From assembly GCA_045613845.1 (NCBI GenBank), contig JAZLBU010000098.1, forward strand, positions 2,510 to 66,509: a stretch of DNA of 64,000 bases, written 5' to 3'. Both the position numbers and the translations under genes were made by a program. Under the pieces are notes generated by a model. That model searched no databases. It saw nothing but the letters and a program-made list of their open reading frames with translations, and was not told the DNA's origin. Positions 1-8,204 of the stretch are shown here, one piece after another (positions within the stretch are counted from its first letter, which is position 1; each line of letters starts with the position of its first letter). This stretch comes from Prevotella sp. Its GTDB lineage: Bacteria > Bacteroidota > Bacteroidia > Bacteroidales > Bacteroidaceae.

Positions 1-297
1 ATATATCAGCTTGCTCCTGCCTATGACCTTCTCAATATTGCTATTGCTAATCCTATAGATAAGGAAGAGTTGGCTCTCACACTTTCTGGTCGCAAGTCGA
101 AATTGCAACTGAAAGACTTCTTGAAGGCTGGAGAAGCTATGGGATTAGAGGAAAAAGTGATAATGCATCTTATAGGTAATATGCAAAAAGCGTTACCAAA
201 GTGGAAAATGCTGATTCAGTCCTCATTCCTGACTGAAGAAATGAAGGTAAAATATGAGCAACTTGTCACTTCTAGATTAGAACGTATAAAAGCATAA
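1..297 (+). CDS. HipA-family kinase/toxin, C-terminal part (gene begins left of the window)
   Basis: Frame 1 is open from base 1: IYQLAPAYDLLNIAIANPIDKEELALTLSGRKSKL... The LAPAYDL motif and the ELALTL.G segment are typical of the HipA C-terminal domain. Stop TAA ends at 297. Confidence 0.8.
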   Translation: MYQLAPAYDLLNIAIANPIDKEELALTLSGRKSKLQLKDFLKAGEAMGLEEKVIMHLIGNMQKALPKWKMLIQSSFLTEEMKVKYEQLVTSRLERIKA

Positions 298-517
298 ACA
301 AACATTCTGTCATAGAAACAGTATTTTTCCTGACAAAGTGAGTTTTTCTGAAAGCGCGAGAGTGAAGAATTTAGAGGCGAGAGGGAAGTTGGTTTCAAAT
401 TCTGGAATCTCGCGATTTTTGTAAAAGATTGGTTGTCAAAGGGTTGAAAAATGGGGTGATTTTTGTGCTGTGATATTGGTGTAATAATCTACGAATAAGG
501 GTCGGATTTTTGGTTGC

Positions 518-574
518 AGAAGCAATGCTTTTGCATACAGAAGTAATGCTTCTATCTCTAAAAGTAATGCTTTT
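518..574. repeat. Three 21-bp-period repeats, each with a palindromic AAGYAATGCTT core
   Basis: AGAAGCAATGCTTTT (518), AGAAGTAATGCTTCT (539), AAAAGTAATGCTTTT (560). Confidence 0.8.
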
Positions 575-785
575 ATAGTTGGAAATTGAGATTTGCCCGA
601 TTTCTGGTTAAAAACGGGGTGTGGAATGCTCCAGATTTGATTTTGAAACGGAGGTTTTTCAGTGAGCAGAGTGTCACGAAAAGGTGGTTTTTGCTTACGT
701 TTTGTTATTTGGGTGGTACTCGCATAAAAAGCGGTGTTTGTAGTTTATTCGCTGTTCGCTCATTATATTTATTTCTCGCAAAGTC

Positions 786-1244
786 GAGAAGGTTATCCTC
801 TAAGAGGATTTAAGTCTTCTCCAGTAGTGTCCATATATGAGCAAGCTCCTATAGTGTCCACTCCTGTCTGTGACTTGGCTTTTCAAGCCTAACCTTCTCT
901 ACGCAAAGAGAACTCCGCTCTGCGCCTGAGCTATAGCGAAGAAAGGTCGTGCTTTCAGCACTCACGCCAAGACCATGCGGAATGGGTACAAGTAGAAGGT
1001 GACGAGGGACTCCGAGCTATGCTCGCCAGAGCAAGAGCACCCACTGGAGCGCAAGACAAAGTACAATTCTTAACCCGAAGGCTCTCTTTGCGTAAGCTTC
1101 AAAGAAGCGTCTTGGCTCTTTGCGTAGAGGTGATAGCCGCTGTCAGGCAGTGTGATATAAGATTGATGCTTATGAAAGCGTGCTTGCAATAAGCATCATA
1201 TCGTTATCACAAACTCCGAAGGAGTATCACCTCGCTTGGCGTGA
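786..1244. repeat. Dense cluster of inverted repeats and mini-hairpins, including a copy of a dispersed element (996-1066)
   Basis: Inverted pairs: 897-910/1116-1129, 962-971/1235-1244, 1127-1135/1225-1233, 1164-1173/1189-1198. Mini-hairpins at 949-961, 1096-1108 and 1213-1225. Bases 996-1066 match the reverse complement of 33601-33700. Confidence 0.8.
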
Positions 1245-1356
1245 AAAACAATCAACTCAAGGATTTACTAGTGGGTAAGATTATTATTTCAAATAAATTA
1301 AGCGTTTGTTAAGATTTTTAATGAGGTAAAAGTTAGGCTAAGTGCAAAAAAAATAG

Positions 1357-1364
1357 TACCTTTG
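1357..1364 (+). promoter_or_regulatory. Bacteroidetes -7 promoter element (TAnnTTTG)
   Basis: TACCTTTG directly upstream of the GH25 gene. Confidence 0.7.
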
Positions 1365-1369
1365 CAGTT

Positions 1370-2107
1370 ATGAATTTGAACAAGACGATGCGTAATATAT
1401 TTAACTGCTTAGTAGTCAGTTTGCTAACCATAGCCTTCCCTCTTAATATATGTGCTCAGGATGACGCGTGGGTGGAGTGTGAGGACACTTGTTCGCACAT
1501 TCACGGCATAGACATTTCTCATTATCAGGGTGAGGTGTTCTGGGAGCATGTGGGCGACACGAAAATGGCTTATTGCTACATCAAGGCTACTGAGGGTGGC
1601 GACAGGATAGACTCAAGATACGAGAATAACCTGAAGATAGGTCACAGCTACGGCATAAAGGTGGGCTCATACCACTTCTACCGTCCGAAGACGGAGCAGG
1701 AGCTGCAGCTGAACAACTTCATGGTGCAGTGCAAACCAAGCGAGCAGGACCTGATTCCGATGATTGATATAGAGACCACGAACGGCCTGCCTACAGAGGA
1801 GTTCTGCGACTCGCTGTTTAAGTTCCTCGACATGGTGGAGCGTGCCTACAAGCAGAGACCTCTGCTATATACTGGTACGAACTTCTACAACAAGCATCTG
1901 GCTGAGAAGGTGGACAGATACCTGGTGATGATTGCCCAATATACCCCTGAGGAGCCTAAGCTGGTGGACGAGAGGGATATCACCCTGTGGCAATATACTG
2001 GCAAGGGCAGCCTGAACGGTGTGAGGGGTCATGTGGACAAATCACGTTTCATGGGCAACCACACGCTGAGAGAACTGAAGTTTAAACACCGTAAGGGGGA
2101 GGAATGA
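1370..2107 (+). CDS. Glycoside hydrolase family 25 muramidase (lysozyme), secreted
   Basis: Signal peptide plus HGIDISHYQG, YIKATEG, GSYHFY, DIE and WQYT motifs. The true start may be the ATG at 1388 because the promoter is only 5 nt upstream of 1370. Confidence 0.9.
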   Translation: MNLNKTMRNIFNCLVVSLLTIAFPLNICAQDDAWVECEDTCSHIHGIDISHYQGEVFWEHVGDTKMAYCYIKATEGGDRIDSRYENNLKIGHSYGIKVGSYHFYRPKTEQELQLNNFMVQCKPSEQDLIPMIDIETTNGLPTEEFCDSLFKFLDMVERAYKQRPLLYTGTNFYNKHLAEKVDRYLVMIAQYTPEEPKLVDERDITLWQYTGKGSLNGVRGHVDKSRFMGNHTLRELKFKHRKGEE

Positions 2108-2203
2108 CGATACGCGAGCATAGCTCGCTACGATACGTTGCTAAAGCAACTACGATACGTCGCTGAAGCGACTACGATACGCGAGCACAGCTCGCTACGA
2201 TAA
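2106..2203. repeat. Array of a constant TACGATAC linker alternating with four perfect mini-hairpins
   Basis: Linkers at 2106 (GACGATAC), 2129, 2151, 2173 and 2196 (TACGATAA). Hairpins GCGAGC-ATA-GCTCGC, GTTGC-TAAA-GCAAC, GTCGC-TGAA-GCGAC and GCGAGC-ACA-GCTCGC. Confidence 0.92.
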
Positions 2204-2226
2204 CGAACCTTTGAAAAAAAAGTAAT

Positions 2227-3255
2227 ATGCTGATAAAATGTCCTGAATGTAATAATGAGGTAAGCGATAAGGCTGAGATATGCCCTCACTGCGGGGTAAA
2301 AATCTCAGGTAATCCTGAGATAACGGGAACGGGAACTAACCCCTCTCCTAAAGGAAGGGAACAAGGAAACGGCAAGTCAAATGCTGTGTGGGTGGTATCA
2401 CTCATCATAGCCCTGGCGGTGTTTGGTGTGGGTTACTATTTCTACAGTCAGGCGCAACAGAATAAGGAGCAGGAGGCATTTGAGTATGCCCTGCACAGCA
2501 ATGACCTGATGGTGATGCAAAACTACCTGAGCAAATATCAGGAAGCACCCCAAGAGCATCGTGACTCCATCAATCACGTGATTGACATGATGAAGTATGA
2601 GGATCAGGAGTGGAATAACGCCGTGAACAGCGGTTCGAAGAATGAGCTGCTGAAATATATAGAGGAGAATCAGAACTCGCCCCATGTAACTGAGGCTAAG
2701 AACATGATTGACTCGATAGACTACAACCACGCTATGCGTGAGTATAAGAGCAGCAAGAATGCTCAGGCTCTGCAGAAATACCTCACTGAGCACCCTAACG
2801 GCAGATACTCATCACAGGTGCAGGACTTGATGGATGAGCTGAAGAGTGTGGAGGTGACTCCTGAGGAAATGGATATGGCGAAGGGTGTTTGCAGAAAATT
2901 CCTTCAGGCCATAAACGCAAGGAACGAAGCTAAACTGCTTAGTACGGTGACAGAGATACTGGAGTCGTTCCTTAATCGCACAGGAGCATCAAATGCCGAT
3001 GTGGTGACATTCATGAACAAACTGTACAAGGATGACATCACCAACATGAACTGGTATATGATGGACGACTTCAAGGCTGAGAAGGTGGATAATGTCAACG
3101 GGAAGAACATCAGGGTGCAGTTTGGTGCCGAGCAGCGTATGGAGCGCACTGACCCAAGCAAGGAGAAGGTGGCTAAGTACATCATCTTTGCCGATGTGAC
3201 ACCAGAGGGACTGATAACCCGATTTAACATGAAGAAAGTGGCGATAGCAGAATGA
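2227..3255 (+). CDS. Zinc-ribbon domain membrane protein
   Basis: N-terminal CPEC...CPHCG, one TM helix (VWVVSLIIALAVFGVGYYFY), helical repeats and a C-terminal domain that may be NTF2-like. Confidence 0.8.
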   Translation: MLIKCPECNNEVSDKAEICPHCGVKISGNPEITGTGTNPSPKGREQGNGKSNAVWVVSLIIALAVFGVGYYFYSQAQQNKEQEAFEYALHSNDLMVMQNYLSKYQEAPQEHRDSINHVIDMMKYEDQEWNNAVNSGSKNELLKYIEENQNSPHVTEAKNMIDSIDYNHAMREYKSSKNAQALQKYLTEHPNGRYSSQVQDLMDELKSVEVTPEEMDMAKGVCRKFLQAINARNEAKLLSTVTEILESFLNRTGASNADVVTFMNKLYKDDITNMNWYMMDDFKAEKVDNVNGKNIRVQFGAEQRMERTDPSKEKVAKYIIFADVTPEGLITRFNMKKVAIAE

Positions 3256-4970
3256 ATTTTAAGTGGAACATAGAAGAACAGACTGAACTGCAGAAGAAAC
3301 AAGCGGCTGAGCTGAGCGAAAAGCTCAACATCTCCCCTATCCTGACGGCTCAGTTGGTTAAGCACGGAATCTCAACAGAATCTGCTGCTAAGAGGTTCTT
3401 TCGTCCACAACTTTCAGACCTGATAAACCCCTTCTTGATGAAAGATATGGACCTTGCCGTTGACAGACTGAACGATGCCATAGGTCATAAGGAACGCATA
3501 TTGGTGTATGGCGACTATGATGTAGATGGATGCACGGCAGTGACATTGGTGTACAAATTCCTGCAACAGTTCTATAGCAACATCGACTACTACATTCCCG
3601 ACCGTTATGACGAGGGTTACGGAGTGAGCAAGAAGGGCATAGACTTTGCCAAGCAGCAGGGAGTAAGCCTCATTATCATACTGGATTGTGGCATCAAGGC
3701 GCATGAGGGAATAGCCTATGCCAAGAGCCTAGGAATAGACTTTATAGTGTGTGACCACCATGTGCCTGACGATACCCTGCCTGATGCATACGCCATACTC
3801 AACCCAAAGCGCACAGACGATACCTACCCCTTCAAGCACTTGTGCGGATGTGGTGTGGGATTCAAGTTCATGCAGGCATTTGCCAAGAATAACGGCATAC
3901 CATTCTCAAAACTCATATCGCTGCTGGACCTCTGTGCCATCAGTATAGCTGCCGACCTGGTAGAGGTGACTGACGAGAACAGAATACTGGCCTATCACGG
4001 CCTGAAGATGCTGAACCAGACACCATCACTGGGTGTGAAGGCAATAATAGACACTTGCGGACTAAGCGACAGAGAGATAACGATGAGCGACATCATGTTT
4101 AAGATAGGTCCGCGCATCAATGCCTCAGGCCGTATGGAGAACGGCAAACTGTCAGTTGACCTGCTGATACAGAAGGATTATGCCACAGCTATGGCAATGG
4201 CAAAGCACATAGACGAATATAACGACCTGCGCAGAGAGGTGGACAAGCAGATGACTGAAGAGGCTAACCAGATTGTAGAGAAACTGGATAAGCAGCAGCA
4301 TCCGCAGTGTATCGTATTATGTGACGAAAACTGGACCAAGGGCGTAATAGGCATTGTGGCATCAAGACTAACTGAAGTGTACTTCAGACCCACCATAGTG
4401 TTGACTCGCGATGGTCAGTTTGCTACGGGTTCAGCACGCTCAGTGTCAGGTTTTGACGTCTATGCTGCCATAAAGAGCTGTAGAGACCTGCTCATCAACT
4501 TCGGAGGACACACCTACGCCTGCGGAATGACGATAAAATGGGAAGATGTGGAAAGGTTCAAACTGCGCTTCCAGCAGTATGTTAAGGAACACATTCAGGA
4601 ACAGCATACCGAACCAACGATAAACGTAGATGCCATAATAGACTTCAGCAGCATCAACAAACGACTGTATCACGACCTGAAACGCTTCTCGCCATTCGGT
4701 CCAGGCAACACCAAACCTGTGTTTGCCACCAAGGGAGTGTATGACTTCGGAACCTCAAAGGTGGTGGGAAGAAAACAGGAGCATATAAAACTGGAACTGG
4801 TAGATTCAAAATCGCCTACCGTAATAAACGGCATAGCCTTCGGACAAGCCCAGTCAGCCCGATACATCAAGTCAAGACGTTCGTTTGACATAGCCTACAC
4901 GATAGAAGAAAATGTATATAAGCGAGGTAATGTGCAACTTCAGATAGAAGATATACACTTCAGTGAGTAA
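3252..4970 (+). CDS. recJ: Single-stranded-DNA exonuclease RecJ
   Basis: YGDYDVDG, DHH, GPRINASGR, GSARS, FGGH and PFGPGN motifs. Confidence 0.97.
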   Translation: MNFKWNIEEQTELQKKQAAELSEKLNISPILTAQLVKHGISTESAAKRFFRPQLSDLINPFLMKDMDLAVDRLNDAIGHKERILVYGDYDVDGCTAVTLVYKFLQQFYSNIDYYIPDRYDEGYGVSKKGIDFAKQQGVSLIIILDCGIKAHEGIAYAKSLGIDFIVCDHHVPDDTLPDAYAILNPKRTDDTYPFKHLCGCGVGFKFMQAFAKNNGIPFSKLISLLDLCAISIAADLVEVTDENRILAYHGLKMLNQTPSLGVKAIIDTCGLSDREITMSDIMFKIGPRINASGRMENGKLSVDLLIQKDYATAMAMAKHIDEYNDLRREVDKQMTEEANQIVEKLDKQQHPQCIVLCDENWTKGVIGIVASRLTEVYFRPTIVLTRDGQFATGSARSVSGFDVYAAIKSCRDLLINFGGHTYACGMTIKWEDVERFKLRFQQYVKEHIQEQHTEPTINVDAIIDFSSINKRLYHDLKRFSPFGPGNTKPVFATKGVYDFGTSKVVGRKQEHIKLELVDSKSPTVINGIAFGQAQSARYIKSRRSFDIAYTIEENVYKRGNVQLQIEDIHFSE

Positions 4971-6879
4971 ACCTGACAACCTTTACATAGAAACACTACA
5001 ACGGTATTTCGGATACGACTCATTCCGAAGTATTCAGCTTGACATCATTAAGAGTATTTCAGAAGGCAATGACACACTGGGACTGATGCCCACAGGTGGA
5101 GGAAAGAGCATCACTTTCCAAGTGCCAGCCCTCATGATGGATGGGGTATGTATAGTAATCACCCCCCTCATAGCGCTGATGAAAGACCAGGTGATGCACC
5201 TCAAGCAAAGAGGCATAAAAGCTGAGGCTATATACTCAGGTCTGACTCATGACGATATACTGCGCATATTGGATAACGCCAGTTATGGTGGGGTGAAATT
5301 CCTCTATGTTTCACCTGAAAGACTCTCCTCCCCCCTATTCCTCTCAAAACTGAATTATATAAAGGTGTGTTTCATAACAGTGGATGAGGCACACTGTATA
5401 TCGCAGTGGGGATACGACTTCAGACCCTCATACCTGCAGATAGACAAGATAAGAGAAATGCTGCCTGAAGCACCTGTGCTGGCACTCACGGCAACAGCTA
5501 CGCCACAGGTGATAGAAGACATACAAAAGAAACTGAACTTTGGCAAATACACCCAGGAAAAGACGGGGGTGTATAAGATGAGTTTCAGGCGCGAGAACCT
5601 GTCGTATGTGGTTAGATATACTGAGGACAAATATGAGGAGATGGTGCACATACTGCAATCAGTAAAGGGTAGCGCCATAATATACACCAGAAACAGAAAA
5701 CGCACCAAGGAACTGGCTGAGGTGTTGGAACAATACGGCATTACGGCAACATTCTATCATGCAGGTCTGGATTTTGCCATTAAAGACACACGCCAACAGG
5801 AGTGGCAAGAGAACAAATACAGGGTAATGGTGGCAACAAACGCATTCGGTATGGGTATAGACAAACCAGATGTGAGACTTGTCATTCACTTTGACTGTCC
5901 AGACTCGCTGGAGGCTTATTTCCAGGAAGCAGGCAGAGCTGGACGAGACGGTAAGCGTTCGTATGCCGTATTGCTATATAACAAGGATGACAGCAAGAAA
6001 CTGTTGCGACATGCTGACACCTCTTTCCCACAGAAGGAATACATACGCAAGGTGTATGATAATCTGGCATACTACTTCGAATTGCCTGAATATGACGGCG
6101 AGGGAGTAAGGTTTGAGTTTAATGAGGAAGTGTTCTGCGTACGCTTTCATCACTACCCCACCTCACTCGAGGCTGCACTCTCCATACTGCAAAATGCAGG
6201 ATACATAGAGTATGACCCTGAGCCAGATTCTAACCCAAGAATCATGATAACAGTGCCTCGCAACGAACTGTATGAGCTAAAAGGACTGTCGAAAACAGAA
6301 GAGGATGTTATCACGGCGTTGATGAGATATTATGGTACGCTGTTTACCACACTCACCTTCATAAACCCCTCGCTGATAGAGATAGCATGTAAGATAGACG
6401 AACACAGACTGCACCTGGCACTGAAGAATCTGGCTATGCGAAGCATTATAAGATATGTGCCAAAAAGAAATGTTCCGATAATAACATACAAGTGCCAGAG
6501 AATTGCATCAGACAAGCTTGTGATATCGAAAGATATATATGAGAAACTGCACGAGCGAATGGTGGAAAGGGTGAATGCTGTGATAAGATACGCAGAGAGT
6601 GATGACATCTGTCGCTCTACCCTGTTGCTGGAGTATTTTGGTGAACATGATAGCGAAGCCTGCCAGCATTGTGATGTTTGTGTAGAGAACAGGCATGATA
6701 GTCACTCAAAGAAAGAGAACAGCCTTATGCAACTTCTGTCAGACCACAAGGAGCACCACATAGACGAACTGGTGAAGGCATACAATATACCGAAAAAAAA
6801 GTTTGAGGAGGAAATAGAACAGTTGCGCCAACAAGAGATGATAGCCATTTCGTACCCATACATTAGGTTAAAAGACTAA
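4963..6879 (+). CDS. recQ: RecQ-family ATP-dependent DNA helicase
   Basis: MPTGGGKS, DEAHCISQWGYDFRP, ATNAFGMGIDK, QEAGRAGRDG and a Zn-binding CR...C..CD.C motif. GTG start overlaps the end of recJ. Confidence 0.95.
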   Translation: MSKPDNLYIETLQRYFGYDSFRSIQLDIIKSISEGNDTLGLMPTGGGKSITFQVPALMMDGVCIVITPLIALMKDQVMHLKQRGIKAEAIYSGLTHDDILRILDNASYGGVKFLYVSPERLSSPLFLSKLNYIKVCFITVDEAHCISQWGYDFRPSYLQIDKIREMLPEAPVLALTATATPQVIEDIQKKLNFGKYTQEKTGVYKMSFRRENLSYVVRYTEDKYEEMVHILQSVKGSAIIYTRNRKRTKELAEVLEQYGITATFYHAGLDFAIKDTRQQEWQENKYRVMVATNAFGMGIDKPDVRLVIHFDCPDSLEAYFQEAGRAGRDGKRSYAVLLYNKDDSKKLLRHADTSFPQKEYIRKVYDNLAYYFELPEYDGEGVRFEFNEEVFCVRFHHYPTSLEAALSILQNAGYIEYDPEPDSNPRIMITVPRNELYELKGLSKTEEDVITALMRYYGTLFTTLTFINPSLIEIACKIDEHRLHLALKNLAMRSIIRYVPKRNVPIITYKCQRIASDKLVISKDIYEKLHERMVERVNAVIRYAESDDICRSTLLLEYFGEHDSEACQHCDVCVENRHDSHSKKENSLMQLLSDHKEHHIDELVKAYNIPKKKFEEEIEQLRQQEMIAISYPYIRLKD

Positions 6880-6907
6880 AAAATTTGGTTATCTGTTCAA
6901 AAAATAT

Positions 6908-6915
6908 TACCTTTG
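6908..6915 (+). promoter_or_regulatory. Bacteroidetes -7 promoter element with TTTG -33 element at 6884-6887
   Basis: TACCTTTG with TTTG 20 nt upstream. Confidence 0.7.
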
Positions 6916-6922
6916 CAAAGAA

Positions 6923-7606
6923 ATGAACAACTTCATACCACATATGTACCTCTCATTCAATTTCCTTGACATAATAGTCAAAGGATTGATTGTGGGAATA
7001 GTATGCTCGGCTCCTATGGGACCTGTGGGTGTGCTATGTGTGCAGAGAACACTGAACAAGGGACGCTGGTATGGATTTGTGACAGGACTGGGTGCTGCTA
7101 CCTCAGACCTTATATATGCTCTGCTGACGGGTTTCGGCATGAGTTTCGTAATGGAGTTTATAGACAATTCACAATATAAATTCTACTTGCAGATATTTGG
7201 TTCGATACTGCTGTTCTGTTTCGGATATTATTGCTACAAGTCTGACCCACGAAAGAAAGTGCATACTGGCAAGAAGAAACAGAAGGGTACCTTATTACAT
7301 AACTATGTCACAGCGTTTATAGTGACATTCTCTAATCCGCTCATAATACTGCTGTTCCTGGCTACCTTCGCACAGTTTGCGTTTGTGGTGCCTGAACACC
7401 CTGTGGAGATGTCTTTAGGATACCTCAGCATAATAGGCGGAGCATTGTTGTGGTGGTACGGACTGACGTGGCTGGTGGATCGCATTAGGGAATTCTTCTC
7501 GCTTAACTCCATCGTTCTCATCAATCGCATTATAGGTACCATAGTGATGGTATTCTCTTTTGCCATATTCATTGGCACAACATTCAATTTGTTTAGTCTT
7601 TACTAA
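6923..7606 (+). CDS. LysE-family translocator
   Basis: APMGPVGVLC...G..TGLGAATSD and TFSNP motifs with about six hydrophobic helices. Confidence 0.88.
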   Translation: MNNFIPHMYLSFNFLDIIVKGLIVGIVCSAPMGPVGVLCVQRTLNKGRWYGFVTGLGAATSDLIYALLTGFGMSFVMEFIDNSQYKFYLQIFGSILLFCFGYYCYKSDPRKKVHTGKKKQKGTLLHNYVTAFIVTFSNPLIILLFLATFAQFAFVVPEHPVEMSLGYLSIIGGALLWWYGLTWLVDRIREFFSLNSIVLINRIIGTIVMVFSFAIFIGTTFNLFSLY

Positions 7607-7622
7607 AAAATACAACTGCAAC

Positions 7623-8168
7623 GTGATAATTTCTCAACAACTACGCAAAACCAATATAGCTGAATACGTGCTATACATGTGGCAGGTAGAGGACATAATA
7701 CGTGCCTACCAGTGTGACCTCTCGGCTATCAAGCGCGAATATATCTCACGTTTTGACCTTACAGAAGAACAGCGTGAGGAAATGGTGGACTGGTATGGTA
7801 ACCTGATTCGTATGATTCGCGAGGAGGGAGTGACTGCTGGCGGACACATTCAGATAAACAAGATAGTAGTGCAGCAGATGAACGAACTTCATGCCCAACT
7901 GCTGTCGTCACCTAAGTTTCCATTCTATAATGCGGAATATTATAAGGTGTTGCCATTCATAGTAGAACTAAGAAATAAGGGAAGCAAAGAAATCAGCGAG
8001 ATAGAGACATGCCTTAATGCCCTGTATGGTGTAATGATGTTGCGCCTGCAGCAGAAAGAGGTGAGTCCATCAACAGAGAATGCGGTAAAAGAGATTACCA
8101 CTTTCCTCGGTATGCTTTCAGACTACTATAAGAAAGATAAAGAGGAAGGACTGAAATTTGAAGATTAA
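7623..8168 (+). CDS. Conserved Bacteroidetes protein (DUF4924-like)
   Basis: NIAEYVLYMWQVEDIIRA motif. The probable GTG start at 7623 avoids the overlap given by the ORF-track start at 7560. Confidence 0.75.
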   Translation: MIISQQLRKTNIAEYVLYMWQVEDIIRAYQCDLSAIKREYISRFDLTEEQREEMVDWYGNLIRMIREEGVTAGGHIQINKIVVQQMNELHAQLLSSPKFPFYNAEYYKVLPFIVELRNKGSKEISEIETCLNALYGVMMLRLQQKEVSPSTENAVKEITTFLGMLSDYYKKDKEEGLKFED

Positions 8169-8170
8169 AC

Positions 8171-8195
8171 TTTTGAACTTTTGAACTTTTTGAAC
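8171..8195. repeat. Octamer tandem repeat (TTTTGAAC x3)
   Basis: Fills most of the gap before the prfC start. Confidence 0.8.
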
Positions 8196-8204
8196 CCAAC
8201 ATAA

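Noticed and set aside
586..813. 75-aa ORF in the left intergenic region
   Set aside because: TTG start, F/L/R-rich composition from T-rich DNA and no motif; likely spurious.
1370..2107. GH25 lysozyme as a prophage lysin
   Set aside because: It has a signal peptide and its own host-type promoter, and no holin or phage genes are nearby.
2106..2203. CRISPR array
   Set aside because: The constant part is only 8 nt, the variable parts are 14-15-nt self-complementary hairpins, and there are no cas genes. It is reported as a different kind of array.
6793..6800. A8 tract in recQ (similar A8/T9 tracts at 1346, 2214 and 45282) as phase-variation sites
   Set aside because: Short tracts are expected in AT-rich DNA, and the recQ reading frame is intact.
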